Source: an uncultured Chloroflexia bacterium (GTDB taxonomy: Bacteria; Chloroflexota; Limnocylindria; QHBO01). Taken from it: a DNA stretch of 64,000 nucleotides. Within the stretch, counting starts at the first letter, position 1; each line of letters begins with the position of its first letter. The notes beneath the pieces are model-generated. The model saw only the letters and a list, made by a program, of their open reading frames with translations. It ran no database searches and was not told the DNA's origin. Shown piece after piece: positions 22,352-31,335 of the stretch. The stretch spans positions 64,001 through 128,000 of the forward strand of contig CAWFCQ010000008.1 of NCBI GenBank assembly GCA_963814375.1. The letters run 5' to 3'. Made by a program: the position numbers and the translations under genes.

Positions 22352-23412
22352 TGCGCGCCCGGCTCGCGGAGATCGCCGCTCGCCGAGGCCTTGAGCTGGT
22401 GGGCGTCACATCGGCGGCACCGATGCCGGAGGACCGGGCACGGATCGAGGCGAGCGTCGCCGCCGGACGCATGGGCCGCATGGGCTGGATGGGTGGGGAG
22501 CGTGGCGCCCGGTCGACCGACCCGCGCGCGCACGATCCCGCGGCGCGCTCGGTGGTCGTGGTGGCGGCGCCGTATGTCGGGGAGGACCGCGCCGCCTGGG
22601 ACCCGGATCCCGGCGCGCTTCGATCGGCATTGGCGCCGGTGCTGTCCTCGTCGCCCTCGCAGCCGGCCGGCAAGATCGCACGCTACGCGGTCGGCACCGA
22701 CTATCACGCGGCACTTCGCTCCAGGCTGGAGGGCCTCGCCGCCGACCTGCGCGAGGCCGGGCTGCCCGCCGGCGACGTCGCCTATGTCGACGATCGGCCG
22801 CTCGCGGAGCGCGCGCTGGCCGCCCGGGCCGGGCTGGGCTGGCTCGGCAAGAACACGAACCTGCTCACTCACCATCGTGCCGGGTCGTGGGTCTTCCTGG
22901 GCGCCATCCTCAGCTCGGCCGAGCTGCCGGCGGACGAGCCGGTGCGGTCGAGCTGTGGCTCGTGCACCCGGTGCCTCGGCGGCTGCCCGACCGGCGCCCT
23001 GGTCGCGCCGCGGACGATCGATGCCCGGCGATGCATCAGCTACCTCACGATCGAGCATCCCGGCCCGTTCGAGGCGTGGGAGGCGACGGCGCTGGGGGAC
23101 TGGATCTTCGGCTGCGACGTCTGCCAGGAGGTCTGTCCTGTCAATGCAGACGCCGACGACACGGGACCTCTGCTGGTTCCCCTCGTGCCGCTGATCGAGT
23201 GGCTCTTGCCGATGAGCGGGCGCGCCTTCCAACGCCAGCTCGGGGCGACCGCGCTGACGCGGGCAGGTCGGCATCGGCTGCTGCGCAATGCGCTGGCGGC
23301 GCTGGGGAATGCGCCGGTATCTGCTTCCGTGCGGCCGACGCTCGAGCTGGCGGCACAGGATCGCCGCCCCGAGGTCCGCGCCGAGGCTGGGAGGCTGCTG
23401 GGGCGCGGATAA
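22351..23412 (+). CDS. queG: tRNA epoxyqueuosine(34) reductase
   Basis: ARYAVGTDYH, GLGWLGKN, CGSCTRCLGGCP, CISYLTIE, GCDVCQEVCP. Confidence 0.92.
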   Translation: MRARLAEIAARRGLELVGVTSAAPMPEDRARIEASVAAGRMGRMGWMGGERGARSTDPRAHDPAARSVVVVAAPYVGEDRAAWDPDPGALRSALAPVLSSSPSQPAGKIARYAVGTDYHAALRSRLEGLAADLREAGLPAGDVAYVDDRPLAERALAARAGLGWLGKNTNLLTHHRAGSWVFLGAILSSAELPADEPVRSSCGSCTRCLGGCPTGALVAPRTIDARRCISYLTIEHPGPFEAWEATALGDWIFGCDVCQEVCPVNADADDTGPLLVPLVPLIEWLLPMSGRAFQRQLGATALTRAGRHRLLRNALAALGNAPVSASVRPTLELAAQDRRPEVRAEAGRLLGRG

Positions 23413-23650
23413 GGCGCGCGGCGCCCGATCTGTCGACCGTTCTTCACCGGACCGCTCCTTCGCGCGCTGTCTGCGCATTCTGGCGACCACCGGCACGCAC
23501 GAGCGGCGCACGGCGGGGCAGCTCACGCTCGTCTGCACCCGATCTACCGAGCATCCGCCGCCCGCCATGTCCTTCGCGCGCGATCTGGTCGATGTGTCGA
23601 GCGCCGCGCCCCGATCCGCCGCCTAGCCAGCGCCACTATCCTGAGCGCCG

Positions 23651-24994
23651 ATGCCCCGCGTCGCGCCGTTCGCCGGCCTGCACTACTCCCTCGACCGCTT
23701 CGGCAGTTCGACCGTGCCCGACCGCGTGCGCCTTGCCGACGACGCCGATGCCCCGCCGACCCGGGTCGCCGACCTGACCGATCTCGCCTGTCCGCCATAC
23801 GACGTCATCGACGACGAGCAGCGGGCCGCGCTCCTGGCGCGCGACGAGCGGAACGCCGTGCGCCTCGAGTTCAGCCCCGAGCCTGATCCCCATGCCGCTG
23901 CGGCCCGAACGCTGGACGACTGGCTTGCGGACGGGACGCTGGCGCGCCGCGACGAGCCTGCGGCGTACTACTACCGGCACGCGACGGTCGCCGATCCCGA
24001 TGTGCCCACCGTCGAGGGGATCGTGATGCGCGTGCTGCTCGAGCCGTGGGGTGCCGGCGTGCGGCCTCACGAGCACACGATGCCGGGGCCAAAGGCGGAT
24101 CGGCTTGCACTGCTCCATGCGACTCGGACCCAGCTCAGCCCGATCCTTGCCGTCTACTTCGACCGATCCGAGCGCTACCAGCACGTGATGAGCCGCGCCT
24201 GGACCGACGAGTGGCGCGCTCGCGACGGGGATGGGCTGCTCCACCAGCTGGCAGCCACGGAGTCCGATGAGCGGATGGTCAACTACCTCGCGCGCCAGAC
24301 GCTGTTCGTGGCCGACGGTCACCATCGCTACGAGACGGCCCTGGCATACCAGGCGGAGGTTCGGGCTGACCCGCGGATGGCCGATGCGGGCCGCGGGGAG
24401 CTGGCCGCCGACTGGATCATGATGCTGCTCGTCAACGCCGAGCTTGAGGAGCTCGAGATCCGGCCCACCCATCGGCTCCTGCTGGACGCCGACACTGAGG
24501 CGCTGAAGGCGCTGGTCGCCGGCGACGACCCCTTGTGGCAGGCGATCCCGATCGCGCCCGGCGAGCTCGGAGGCGCCCTGGAGGCGCGGCGACACGAGGA
24601 CACGCCGTCGTTCGGCATCCTCCTGGCGGGCGACGAAGGTTTTCTCCTGGTCGGCGATCCCGACGGGCTGGCGGATCGGCTGCGGCGATCCTCGATGGGT
24701 CGCGCGGTGCGCTCGCTCGACCTTGCTGCGCTGCATGTCGCCGTGCTGGAGGATCGGCTCGGGATCGGCCCTGACGAGATCGCCGCCGGCGAGCGGCTGG
24801 CCTACACTAGGAGCGACGTCGACGCGCGCGAGCGCGTCGCCCGTGGCGAGGTCGCTGCCGCGATCCTCGTCCGGCCCACCCGCATGGATCAGCTGGCCGA
24901 GGTGGCCAGCGCCGGCGATGTGATGCCGCAGAAGTCGACCTATTTCTATCCAAAGCTGCTGACCGGCATGGTCTTCAACCCCCTGGAGGACTGA
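23651..24994 (+). CDS. DUF1015 family protein
   Basis: PPYDVI, PHEHT, ADGHHRYET, MPQKSTYFYPKL. Confidence 0.92.
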   Translation: MPRVAPFAGLHYSLDRFGSSTVPDRVRLADDADAPPTRVADLTDLACPPYDVIDDEQRAALLARDERNAVRLEFSPEPDPHAAAARTLDDWLADGTLARRDEPAAYYYRHATVADPDVPTVEGIVMRVLLEPWGAGVRPHEHTMPGPKADRLALLHATRTQLSPILAVYFDRSERYQHVMSRAWTDEWRARDGDGLLHQLAATESDERMVNYLARQTLFVADGHHRYETALAYQAEVRADPRMADAGRGELAADWIMMLLVNAELEELEIRPTHRLLLDADTEALKALVAGDDPLWQAIPIAPGELGGALEARRHEDTPSFGILLAGDEGFLLVGDPDGLADRLRRSSMGRAVRSLDLAALHVAVLEDRLGIGPDEIAAGERLAYTRSDVDARERVARGEVAAAILVRPTRMDQLAEVASAGDVMPQKSTYFYPKLLTGMVFNPLED

Positions 24995-25003
24995 CGCACA
25001 CCG

Positions 25004-25870
25004 ATGGTGCAGGCGATCAAGCGCGACGAGGTCTTCATCGAGCCCGAGGGCATCCACGTCGAGACCCACCAGCCCGAGCGTCGATCGCGCAAGCCTCCGC
25101 TCCTCCTCGTCCATGGCGCGCTGACCGGGTCGTGGCTGTGGACCGAGTTCGCGGCCTACCTGGCCGAGCGCGGCTGGGAGGCCCATGCCATGAACCTGCG
25201 CGGCCACTTCACCAGCGCGCCCGCTGAGCTGGACGAGACGACGATGCGCGACTACGCCGATGACGTCGGGGTCGCGATGCGGCAGCTCGGGCGTCCGGCG
25301 GTGGTCATCGGCTGGGGCATCGGTGCGCTGGCGGCCCTCATGCACGCCGAGCGCTCACCGGTGCTGGGCCTCGTGCTGCTGGCACCATCGCCACCGGCCG
25401 CGGCCCTGCCGCGGCGCCCCGACGATCACGAGATGCGCACCGTGCCGGAGGTGTACGACGCCGCCTGGTGGGGCTGGACCGGCACGCCGGACGAGCTGCG
25501 CGACCGGATGCCGGACATGGACGAGCACGACATCGAGAAGATGAGCGAGCTGATGGACGGCGCGCGTGAGTCCGGGCCCGCCCGCCGCGAGCGGATGCGG
25601 GGCGTGGCGGTCGACACCTCCGGCCTGCGCGACACGCCCAGCCTCGTCATCGGCGCCGGCCTCGACGACGTGATCCACCCCAACGAGGCGCGCCAGACCG
25701 CGGACCTGCTCGGCGCGACCTACGAGTACTTCCCGTCGGCCTCGCACTTCGGGCTGGTGATGGGGGAGCACACCTGGCCCGAGGTTGCGGCCAGCGTCCT
25801 CGGCTGGCTCGAGGAGCGGCGCCACGCGATGGCCGCCGGCGGTCCGGTGGCAGTCGGAGCGCGCCGCTAG
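25004..25870 (+). CDS. Alpha/beta hydrolase fold protein (nucleophile Ser replaced by Gly)
   Basis: LLVHG, NLRGH, GWGIG elbow, C-terminal Asp and His. Confidence 0.8.
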   Translation: MVQAIKRDEVFIEPEGIHVETHQPERRSRKPPLLLVHGALTGSWLWTEFAAYLAERGWEAHAMNLRGHFTSAPAELDETTMRDYADDVGVAMRQLGRPAVVIGWGIGALAALMHAERSPVLGLVLLAPSPPAAALPRRPDDHEMRTVPEVYDAAWWGWTGTPDELRDRMPDMDEHDIEKMSELMDGARESGPARRERMRGVAVDTSGLRDTPSLVIGAGLDDVIHPNEARQTADLLGATYEYFPSASHFGLVMGEHTWPEVAASVLGWLEERRHAMAAGGPVAVGARR

Positions 25871-25925
25871 CGGGTTTGCAGACCCTCGACCGGCCTTGCT
25901 ATCCTCAGGCCCGACCTCGACGCGT

Positions 25926-26002
25926 GCCGCATTCGTCTAGAGGCCTAGGACACCGCCCTCTCAAGGCGGAGATCACCGGTTCGAATCCGGTATGCGGTAC
26001 CA
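25926..26002 (+). tRNA. tRNA-Glu (CTC)
   Basis: GCCGCAT/ATGCGGT acceptor stem, CCGCC-CTCTCAA-GGCGG anticodon arm, GGTTCGAATCC, CCA end. Confidence 0.97.
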
Positions 26003-26013
26003 GACCTTTCCTT

Positions 26014-26050
26014 CAGGCCCGATCCACGGCCGGATCGGGCCGTTTCGCTG
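26014..26050 (+). terminator. Terminator hairpin after tRNA-Glu
   Basis: GGCCCGATCC...GGATCGGGCC followed by GTTT. Confidence 0.75.
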
Positions 26051-26119
26051 CCTGCGATCGCACGTCTGACCCCTTATGGCGTTGGACCGTGACAACGGTG
26101 GATAGTCGCGCGGCCAGCC

Positions 26120-27139
26120 TCACGCTGGCATCCCTCCCGATGGCGCAGCGCGGCCAATGGCACGTTCGGTCCGGCCGCCCATCCAGTCTGCAACGAGCTC
26201 GACGTACGTCTGAGGCGCCTCCACCGGCAGCAGATGACCGATGCCGTGCACGGTGCGGAACTCCCAGGCCGGATGTAGCTCCATGAGCCCGTCGACGAGG
26301 CGGCGGGGGATGATGCGATCCTGATCGCCCCACACGACAAGCGTCGGGGCCTCGATCCGCTCCAGCTGCGCACGTACCATCCCTTCGTCGACCGTCAGGG
26401 CCGCGAGTACCGAGACGGCGGCCTGGATGGCGCCGTCGATCCGCCACGGCACGCGGTAGCGCTCGATCTCCTCGCCGATGAGGCTCAGCAGGGCCGGCGA
26501 GATGCGGGACGCATCGGCGCCCATGCGGGCCATGGTTTGGGTCAGCCGCGGATCGGTCGGGTCATCGCGCCAGCGGCGCCACATGTCTGTCTTGAGGCGG
26601 ATGCCGGCGCGCATCGGGATCCGCGCCAGCCGCGGCGCCAGGCTCAGCGCGACGCGCCAGGCCCACGCGAAGCTCGGCGGATCCGGGAGCCCGGGAAGCG
26701 CCGGACCGGTCAGTACCAGGCGCGCCACCCGCCCGGGATGCCGTGCCGCGAAGAGCGCGCTCACCAGCGCGCCCATCGAGTGGCCGTGGAGCACCACTTG
26801 CTCCAGATCGAGGGCCTGGCACAGGTCGGCGAGGAAGCGGGCGCCGTGCTCGGCGCGCCCGGCGCGCGGATCGACCGGCCGGGTGCGGCCGGCGCCGGGC
26901 AGGTCCGGCGCGATCACCGCGCCGTGGGCCGCGAGCGGTCGCATGACGTCCATCCACGACCACGAGCCGGCGCCCAGCGGATGCACCAGGAGATGCGGCG
27001 GCGCGTCACGGGAAGCGCCTGCCGCAGCGGTCCGCAGGTAGTGGACCCGGATTCCGCCGATGTCGGCGACCTGGCTGATCACTCCTGCCCAGCGCTCGGA
27101 ACGCTCGCTCCAGTCATACCCGGGCCTGACCCTAGACAT
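26120..27139 (-). CDS. Alpha/beta hydrolase
   Basis: PDLPGAG, GHSMG, VWGDQDRII, GIGH. Confidence 0.9.
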   Translation of the reverse strand: MSRVRPGYDWSERSERWAGVISQVADIGGIRVHYLRTAAAGASRDAPPHLLVHPLGAGSWSWMDVMRPLAAHGAVIAPDLPGAGRTRPVDPRAGRAEHGARFLADLCQALDLEQVVLHGHSMGALVSALFAARHPGRVARLVLTGPALPGLPDPPSFAWAWRVALSLAPRLARIPMRAGIRLKTDMWRRWRDDPTDPRLTQTMARMGADASRISPALLSLIGEEIERYRVPWRIDGAIQAAVSVLAALTVDEGMVRAQLERIEAPTLVVWGDQDRIIPRRLVDGLMELHPAWEFRTVHGIGHLLPVEAPQTYVELVADWMGGRTERAIGRAAPSGGMPA

Positions 27140-27239
27140 GGCAGCCACGATAGCCGCAGATGCTCGCGGCTCGCCGAGCGGAAGCGAAGCGCTCGAGCAC
27201 AGTCTGGCCTCCACAGGGCGAGCAGGTAGGCTTCGACGC

Positions 27240-28415
27240 ATGGAGCACATAGCCGATGTCCTGTTCCAGCTCTTCTGGCTGCTCCTCGCGGCGAAGCTGG
27301 GGGACGAAGTCTTCAAACGGATCGGTCAGCCGCCGATCATCGGCGAGATCCTCGGAGGCATCGTCGTCGGCCCGGCGGTGCTCGGCCTGTACCAGGTGAA
27401 CGCTGAGACGCTCCTGTTCGCCGAGATCGGAGTCGTCTTGCTCCTTTTCCAGGTCGGTGTCGAGACGCGGCTGCACGACCTGGTTCGCGTCGGTGGCACG
27501 GCGGCCGCCGTCGGCGGTCTCGGCGTCGCGCTGCCCTTTGTCGCCGGCATCGGTCTTGGCTTTGTGCTCGGCTATCCGATCGAGGTTGGCGTTTTCCTCG
27601 CGGCAGCGCTCGTCGCGACATCGGTCGGCATCACATCGGGGGTCCTTGGATCGCTCGGAGCCCTGGGGACGATGTCGGGTAGGGTGATTCTTGGCGCAGC
27701 CGTCATCGACGACGTGCTGGCGATGTTGATCCTGGCGGTGGCGACGGGACTGGCCGCGGGTGCCGTAAGCCCGGACCGCATTGCGATTCTGATCGGCCTG
27801 GCGCTCGCCTTCATCGGCATCGTGGTCGTTGGCGGCACGCGACTCCTACGCCGCCGGCGCTCCCTGCTCACCGACCCGGTGTTCGCGCAGACTCCATTTC
27901 TGCCCGGAATGATCATCATGCTCGGACTCGCCGCGCTGGCGGCCGCGATTGGGCTTGCCGCGATCATCGGTGCATTCCTTGCCGGCATGGTGGTCGGTGA
28001 GTCGAGCGAGAAGCACGCGCTCGAGGAAGAGGTCGCCCCGGTTGCCGCCTTCTTCACGCCCTTCTTCTTCGGGTCGATCGGCGCACAGATCGACCTCGCG
28101 GGCCTCGCCGACTGGGCCGTCCTCGGGACTCTGATATTGGTGGTCGCTGTCGCGATCACAACGAAGTTCGCCGGTGCGCTCCTAGGGGCGGTTCGGCTTG
28201 GGCGCGATCGCGCGGTGCTGATCGCAGCGGGGATGGTGCCTCGCGGCGAGGTCGGCATCGTGGTGGCAGGTCTCGGCCTGCAGCTCGGCGCGATCCAATC
28301 ATCGACGTACAGCGTCGTCGTCGGCATGGCCATCATCACGACGCTGCTCATCCCGCCGTTCCTCCCAGGCCTCGTGCGTCGGGCGGAAGGGATTCCCCCT
28401 CCGGGTGAACCCTGA
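27240..28415 (+). CDS. Cation:proton antiporter (CPA2)
   Basis: GEILGGIVVGP, ATSVGIT, AAVIDDV, GMVPRGEVG. Confidence 0.92.
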   Translation: MEHIADVLFQLFWLLLAAKLGDEVFKRIGQPPIIGEILGGIVVGPAVLGLYQVNAETLLFAEIGVVLLLFQVGVETRLHDLVRVGGTAAAVGGLGVALPFVAGIGLGFVLGYPIEVGVFLAAALVATSVGITSGVLGSLGALGTMSGRVILGAAVIDDVLAMLILAVATGLAAGAVSPDRIAILIGLALAFIGIVVVGGTRLLRRRRSLLTDPVFAQTPFLPGMIIMLGLAALAAAIGLAAIIGAFLAGMVVGESSEKHALEEEVAPVAAFFTPFFFGSIGAQIDLAGLADWAVLGTLILVVAVAITTKFAGALLGAVRLGRDRAVLIAAGMVPRGEVGIVVAGLGLQLGAIQSSTYSVVVGMAIITTLLIPPFLPGLVRRAEGIPPPGEP

Positions 28416-28567
28416 CTCCCGAATCGTTGGACGTTGTCGGCCTTCACCCGATCGCCGAGGAGCCTGAGCACGTCGTCTGGTGCGAGGAGCCCTTATCGAT
28501 CCTGTCTCATGCGTCTCTTGCGATGTACTCCGTGTACGCGGCTGAGACACATCAGACATTTCGCCAG

Positions 28568-28637
28568 GAATCCGGTATGCGGTACCAAATTCGCCATTCG
28601 CAGGCCCGATCCACGCTCGGATCGGGCCCTTTCGCTG
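28568..28637 (+). repeat. att-like copy of the tRNA-Glu 3' end plus duplicated terminator
   Basis: 20/20 match to 25983-26002; 28601-28637 matches 26014-26050 at 34/37. Confidence 0.9.
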
Positions 28638-28827
28638 TCAGCTGACCGCGGAGTGGTCCCTGTCCGGTTCCAACGGCCCAGGCGAACGCCGCGTCTCTTC
28701 CTGATCGAGCCACAGCATCGGGAATTCGATGCCGCACGTGCGGCGGGATCGAGCGTCTCGGGCGCCGCGTAGCCGAGGATCGCGTCGGAGCCGGCCCATT
28801 GCCCCGACCTGCGTCGTCGGCGTTGCA

Positions 28828-28867
28828 TAGAGGGGAGATAGAGCCGGCGTCGACGCCGCGTCGATCG
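28828..28867 (+). promoter_or_regulatory. Putative SARP-type binding array (four boxes, 11-bp period)
   Basis: TAGAG at 28828, TAGAG at 28839, TCGAC at 28850, TCGAT at 28861. Confidence 0.5.
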
Positions 28868-28938
28868 CCCTCCTGGATGGTTCCCCTGCCAGCGCGCCGC
28901 AGACGCGGCAGCGAGAGGCCAGATCAAGGAGCAAGATC

Positions 28939-29250
28939 GTGGCAACGCAGGTCACAGCAACCACCCCTCTCACCCGGCCCGCACCCCGTCTCGGCGCCTT
29001 CGAGGGCGCAATTCTCGCCGTCATTGCGGTGGCGGTCATCGGCGTAGGCGTTTGGAGCCAGGCGGGTTCCATCCGTGACGCGACCACCGACAGCCCCGCG
29101 TACGGCGTGGGCTACCCGCTTCACGGCGGCCTAGCTGGACCGAGCCGCGTCGGTCAGCTGTCGACGGTCGACCTGGCCGCTCCCTACGGGGCCGGCTACC
29201 CGCTCCACGGCGGTCTCGCCGGTCCGAGCCGCGTCGACAGCGGGGACTGA
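28939..29250 (+). CDS. Small TM/secreted protein with two copies of GYPLHGGLAGPSRV
   Basis: AAGGAG RBS, GTG start, hydrophobic segment; the repeats differ only at synonymous sites. Confidence 0.8.
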   Translation: MATQVTATTPLTRPAPRLGAFEGAILAVIAVAVIGVGVWSQAGSIRDATTDSPAYGVGYPLHGGLAGPSRVGQLSTVDLAAPYGAGYPLHGGLAGPSRVDSGD

Positions 29251-29346
29251 GCTCCGGCACGCCTCCGACGAGCCACTCGACGGCGGCCGATGTGGCCGCC
29301 GTCAATCCTTGACCCATCCTTGGGGCCTGCGGCATCGTGGGGCGGA

Positions 29347-31191
29347 ATGGAGGAGAACTTGCAGTTCAGGATCCTTGGCTCGCTATCCGTCGTCGGCAAC
29401 GGGAAAGTCGCTGCGCTCGGCCCACCAAAGCAGCGCGCGCTCCTCGCAATCCTGCTGACCCGCATCGGCGAGGCCGTGCCAGTGGAGCGGCTCATCGAGC
29501 TGCTGTGGGGCGCTGCCGCTCCACGCACCGCGGACCACTCGATCCAGATCTACGTATCGGACCTCCGCCGCGCGTTCGAGCCGTTGGGCGGATCGGACCT
29601 GCTCGTGACGCGGCAGCCCGGGTATGTCCTCGACGTGGACCCGGACTCGGTCGACGCGTGGAGGTTCGAACGCCTCGTGAAGGAAGGGACGCGGCTCCTC
29701 GAGGACGGCGACCAAGATGCAGGCCGCTCGATGATTCGCGAGGCGCTCGGCCTGTGGAGCGGTCCGCCACTGTCGGACTTTCCGTACGAGGAGTTCGCCC
29801 AGCCTGTCGCCCGGCGGCTGACCGAGGAACGCCTGACCGCCGTGGAGGCGTACGCGGCGGCCAGCCTCGAGGCCGGAAGGGTCACGGAAGCACTGGACCT
29901 GCTGACGGCGGCGGCACAGGACGATCCCCTCAGAGAGCGAGCACGGGAGCTGCTGATGCTTGCGCTCTACCGATCCGGCCGTCACGCGGATGCCCTGCGG
30001 TCCTTCCACGCCCTGCGGACGCAGCTTACCGATGAGTTCGGAGTCGATCCGTCGCCGAGCATCCGGGCGTTGTACGACCGGATCCTTGCGCACGACCCGT
30101 CGCTCGGGAAGGGCTCGGGCGCCACAGCCAGCGTTCGCGTGACGTTGGCATGCGAGGGCGCGGGGGTCGGGGGGGACCGCCTCGGAGTTGAGCGGGGCTT
30201 CGACCGGGCAGTGAGCGACTTCTCGCTGGTGCCCAGAAAAGAGAACGTGGAACTCTCAGCTTCGTACCGAGATTGGTCGGTCGTCCTCCGAGACCTGTCC
30301 CAACAGCCGCCGGCACTCATCGTCTCCCTCAACTTCCTCACGATCGATGCCCTTGCCCGCGAGCACCCTGGCACGCACTACCTGGTCTTCGACCACGTCG
30401 GCGCGGCGTCGAACGTGTCCTATGTCCACTTCCACGAGCACGAGGCCTCATTCCTGGCGGGCGCGGCGGCGGCGCTCACGTCGCAGACCGGGATCGTTGG
30501 ATTCATCGGCGGCTGGGATGCGATTCCGATCTGGGGATTCCTGGCCGGGTACGAGGCGGGCGTGCGTGCCACGAATGCTGGCGCCCGCATCCTCACGGGG
30601 TACGCCGGCGAGTGGCCCGACCCCCAGGGATTCGTCGACCTGGATCGGAATGAGGAGCTCGCACGGCAGATGTTCGCGGACGGTGCCGACGTCATCGTCG
30701 CGGCATCGGGCCCTGCGGGCATGGGGGTCGTCAGCGCAGCGGCCGCCCTGTCGGGCTCGATGGACCGCCGACTTTGGGTCATCGGTGTCGACACGGACTG
30801 GTACGAGGATCTCAGCCACAACCTGGGGATCATCAGCCCGCGCGTTTGGCGTTCGCACGTCCTGACCTCAGTCCGCAAGCGGTTCGACCTGGCCGTCTAC
30901 GAAGCCCTGCAGACCGTGGCTTCGGGCGACCGGCTTCCGCCCGTCAAGGCTTACGACCTGCGGTCGGGCTTCGTGGACATCTCGTATGAGGGTGGCTTCC
31001 TCGACGACGTCCGTCCGCTCATCGAGGATCAACGGCGGCGCATCGTCAGCGGGCAGCTGCGAGTCCCGTGCCTCCCAACCGATCATGTAGAGGTCGCCCG
31101 CTCCCGCCTCGAACAGATCGGGGTAACGATGGACGACTGGCTCGAACAGGGATGCCCGCCCTGGCGGATATCGACCGGTGACCTGCTCTAG
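29347..31191 (+). CDS. SARP/AfsR-type regulator (wHTH-BTAD) fused to a BMP-family binding domain
   Basis: FRILGSL..GPPKQRALLAIL, DPLRERARELLMLALYRSGR; then HEASFLAGAAAA, GADVI, WVIGVDTD, TSVRKRFD. Confidence 0.9.
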   Translation: MEENLQFRILGSLSVVGNGKVAALGPPKQRALLAILLTRIGEAVPVERLIELLWGAAAPRTADHSIQIYVSDLRRAFEPLGGSDLLVTRQPGYVLDVDPDSVDAWRFERLVKEGTRLLEDGDQDAGRSMIREALGLWSGPPLSDFPYEEFAQPVARRLTEERLTAVEAYAAASLEAGRVTEALDLLTAAAQDDPLRERARELLMLALYRSGRHADALRSFHALRTQLTDEFGVDPSPSIRALYDRILAHDPSLGKGSGATASVRVTLACEGAGVGGDRLGVERGFDRAVSDFSLVPRKENVELSASYRDWSVVLRDLSQQPPALIVSLNFLTIDALAREHPGTHYLVFDHVGAASNVSYVHFHEHEASFLAGAAAALTSQTGIVGFIGGWDAIPIWGFLAGYEAGVRATNAGARILTGYAGEWPDPQGFVDLDRNEELARQMFADGADVIVAASGPAGMGVVSAAAALSGSMDRRLWVIGVDTDWYEDLSHNLGIISPRVWRSHVLTSVRKRFDLAVYEALQTVASGDRLPPVKAYDLRSGFVDISYEGGFLDDVRPLIEDQRRRIVSGQLRVPCLPTDHVEVARSRLEQIGVTMDDWLEQGCPPWRISTGDLL

Positions 31192-31335
31192 CAGGCTGGG
31201 TAGCGATCCCTTCGAGTTCCTCGAACCAAGTTATGGAGCCCCTCATCAGGGCCGTCTCGGTGATATGCGGGACGCCCGTGTTCGAGCCCTTACGCCGGCG
31301 CCCGACACTGAAGCGTGACCACGTTCAGGGTTGGG

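Noticed and set aside
28939-29250. Classical RiPP biosynthetic cluster
   Set aside because: No radical SAM, YcaO, lanthipeptide synthetase, peptidase or exporter nearby; kept only as an unexplained repeat peptide
31255-31280. GGTGATATGCGGGAC as a fourth att copy
   Set aside because: Only a short ATGCGG match; compatible with chance
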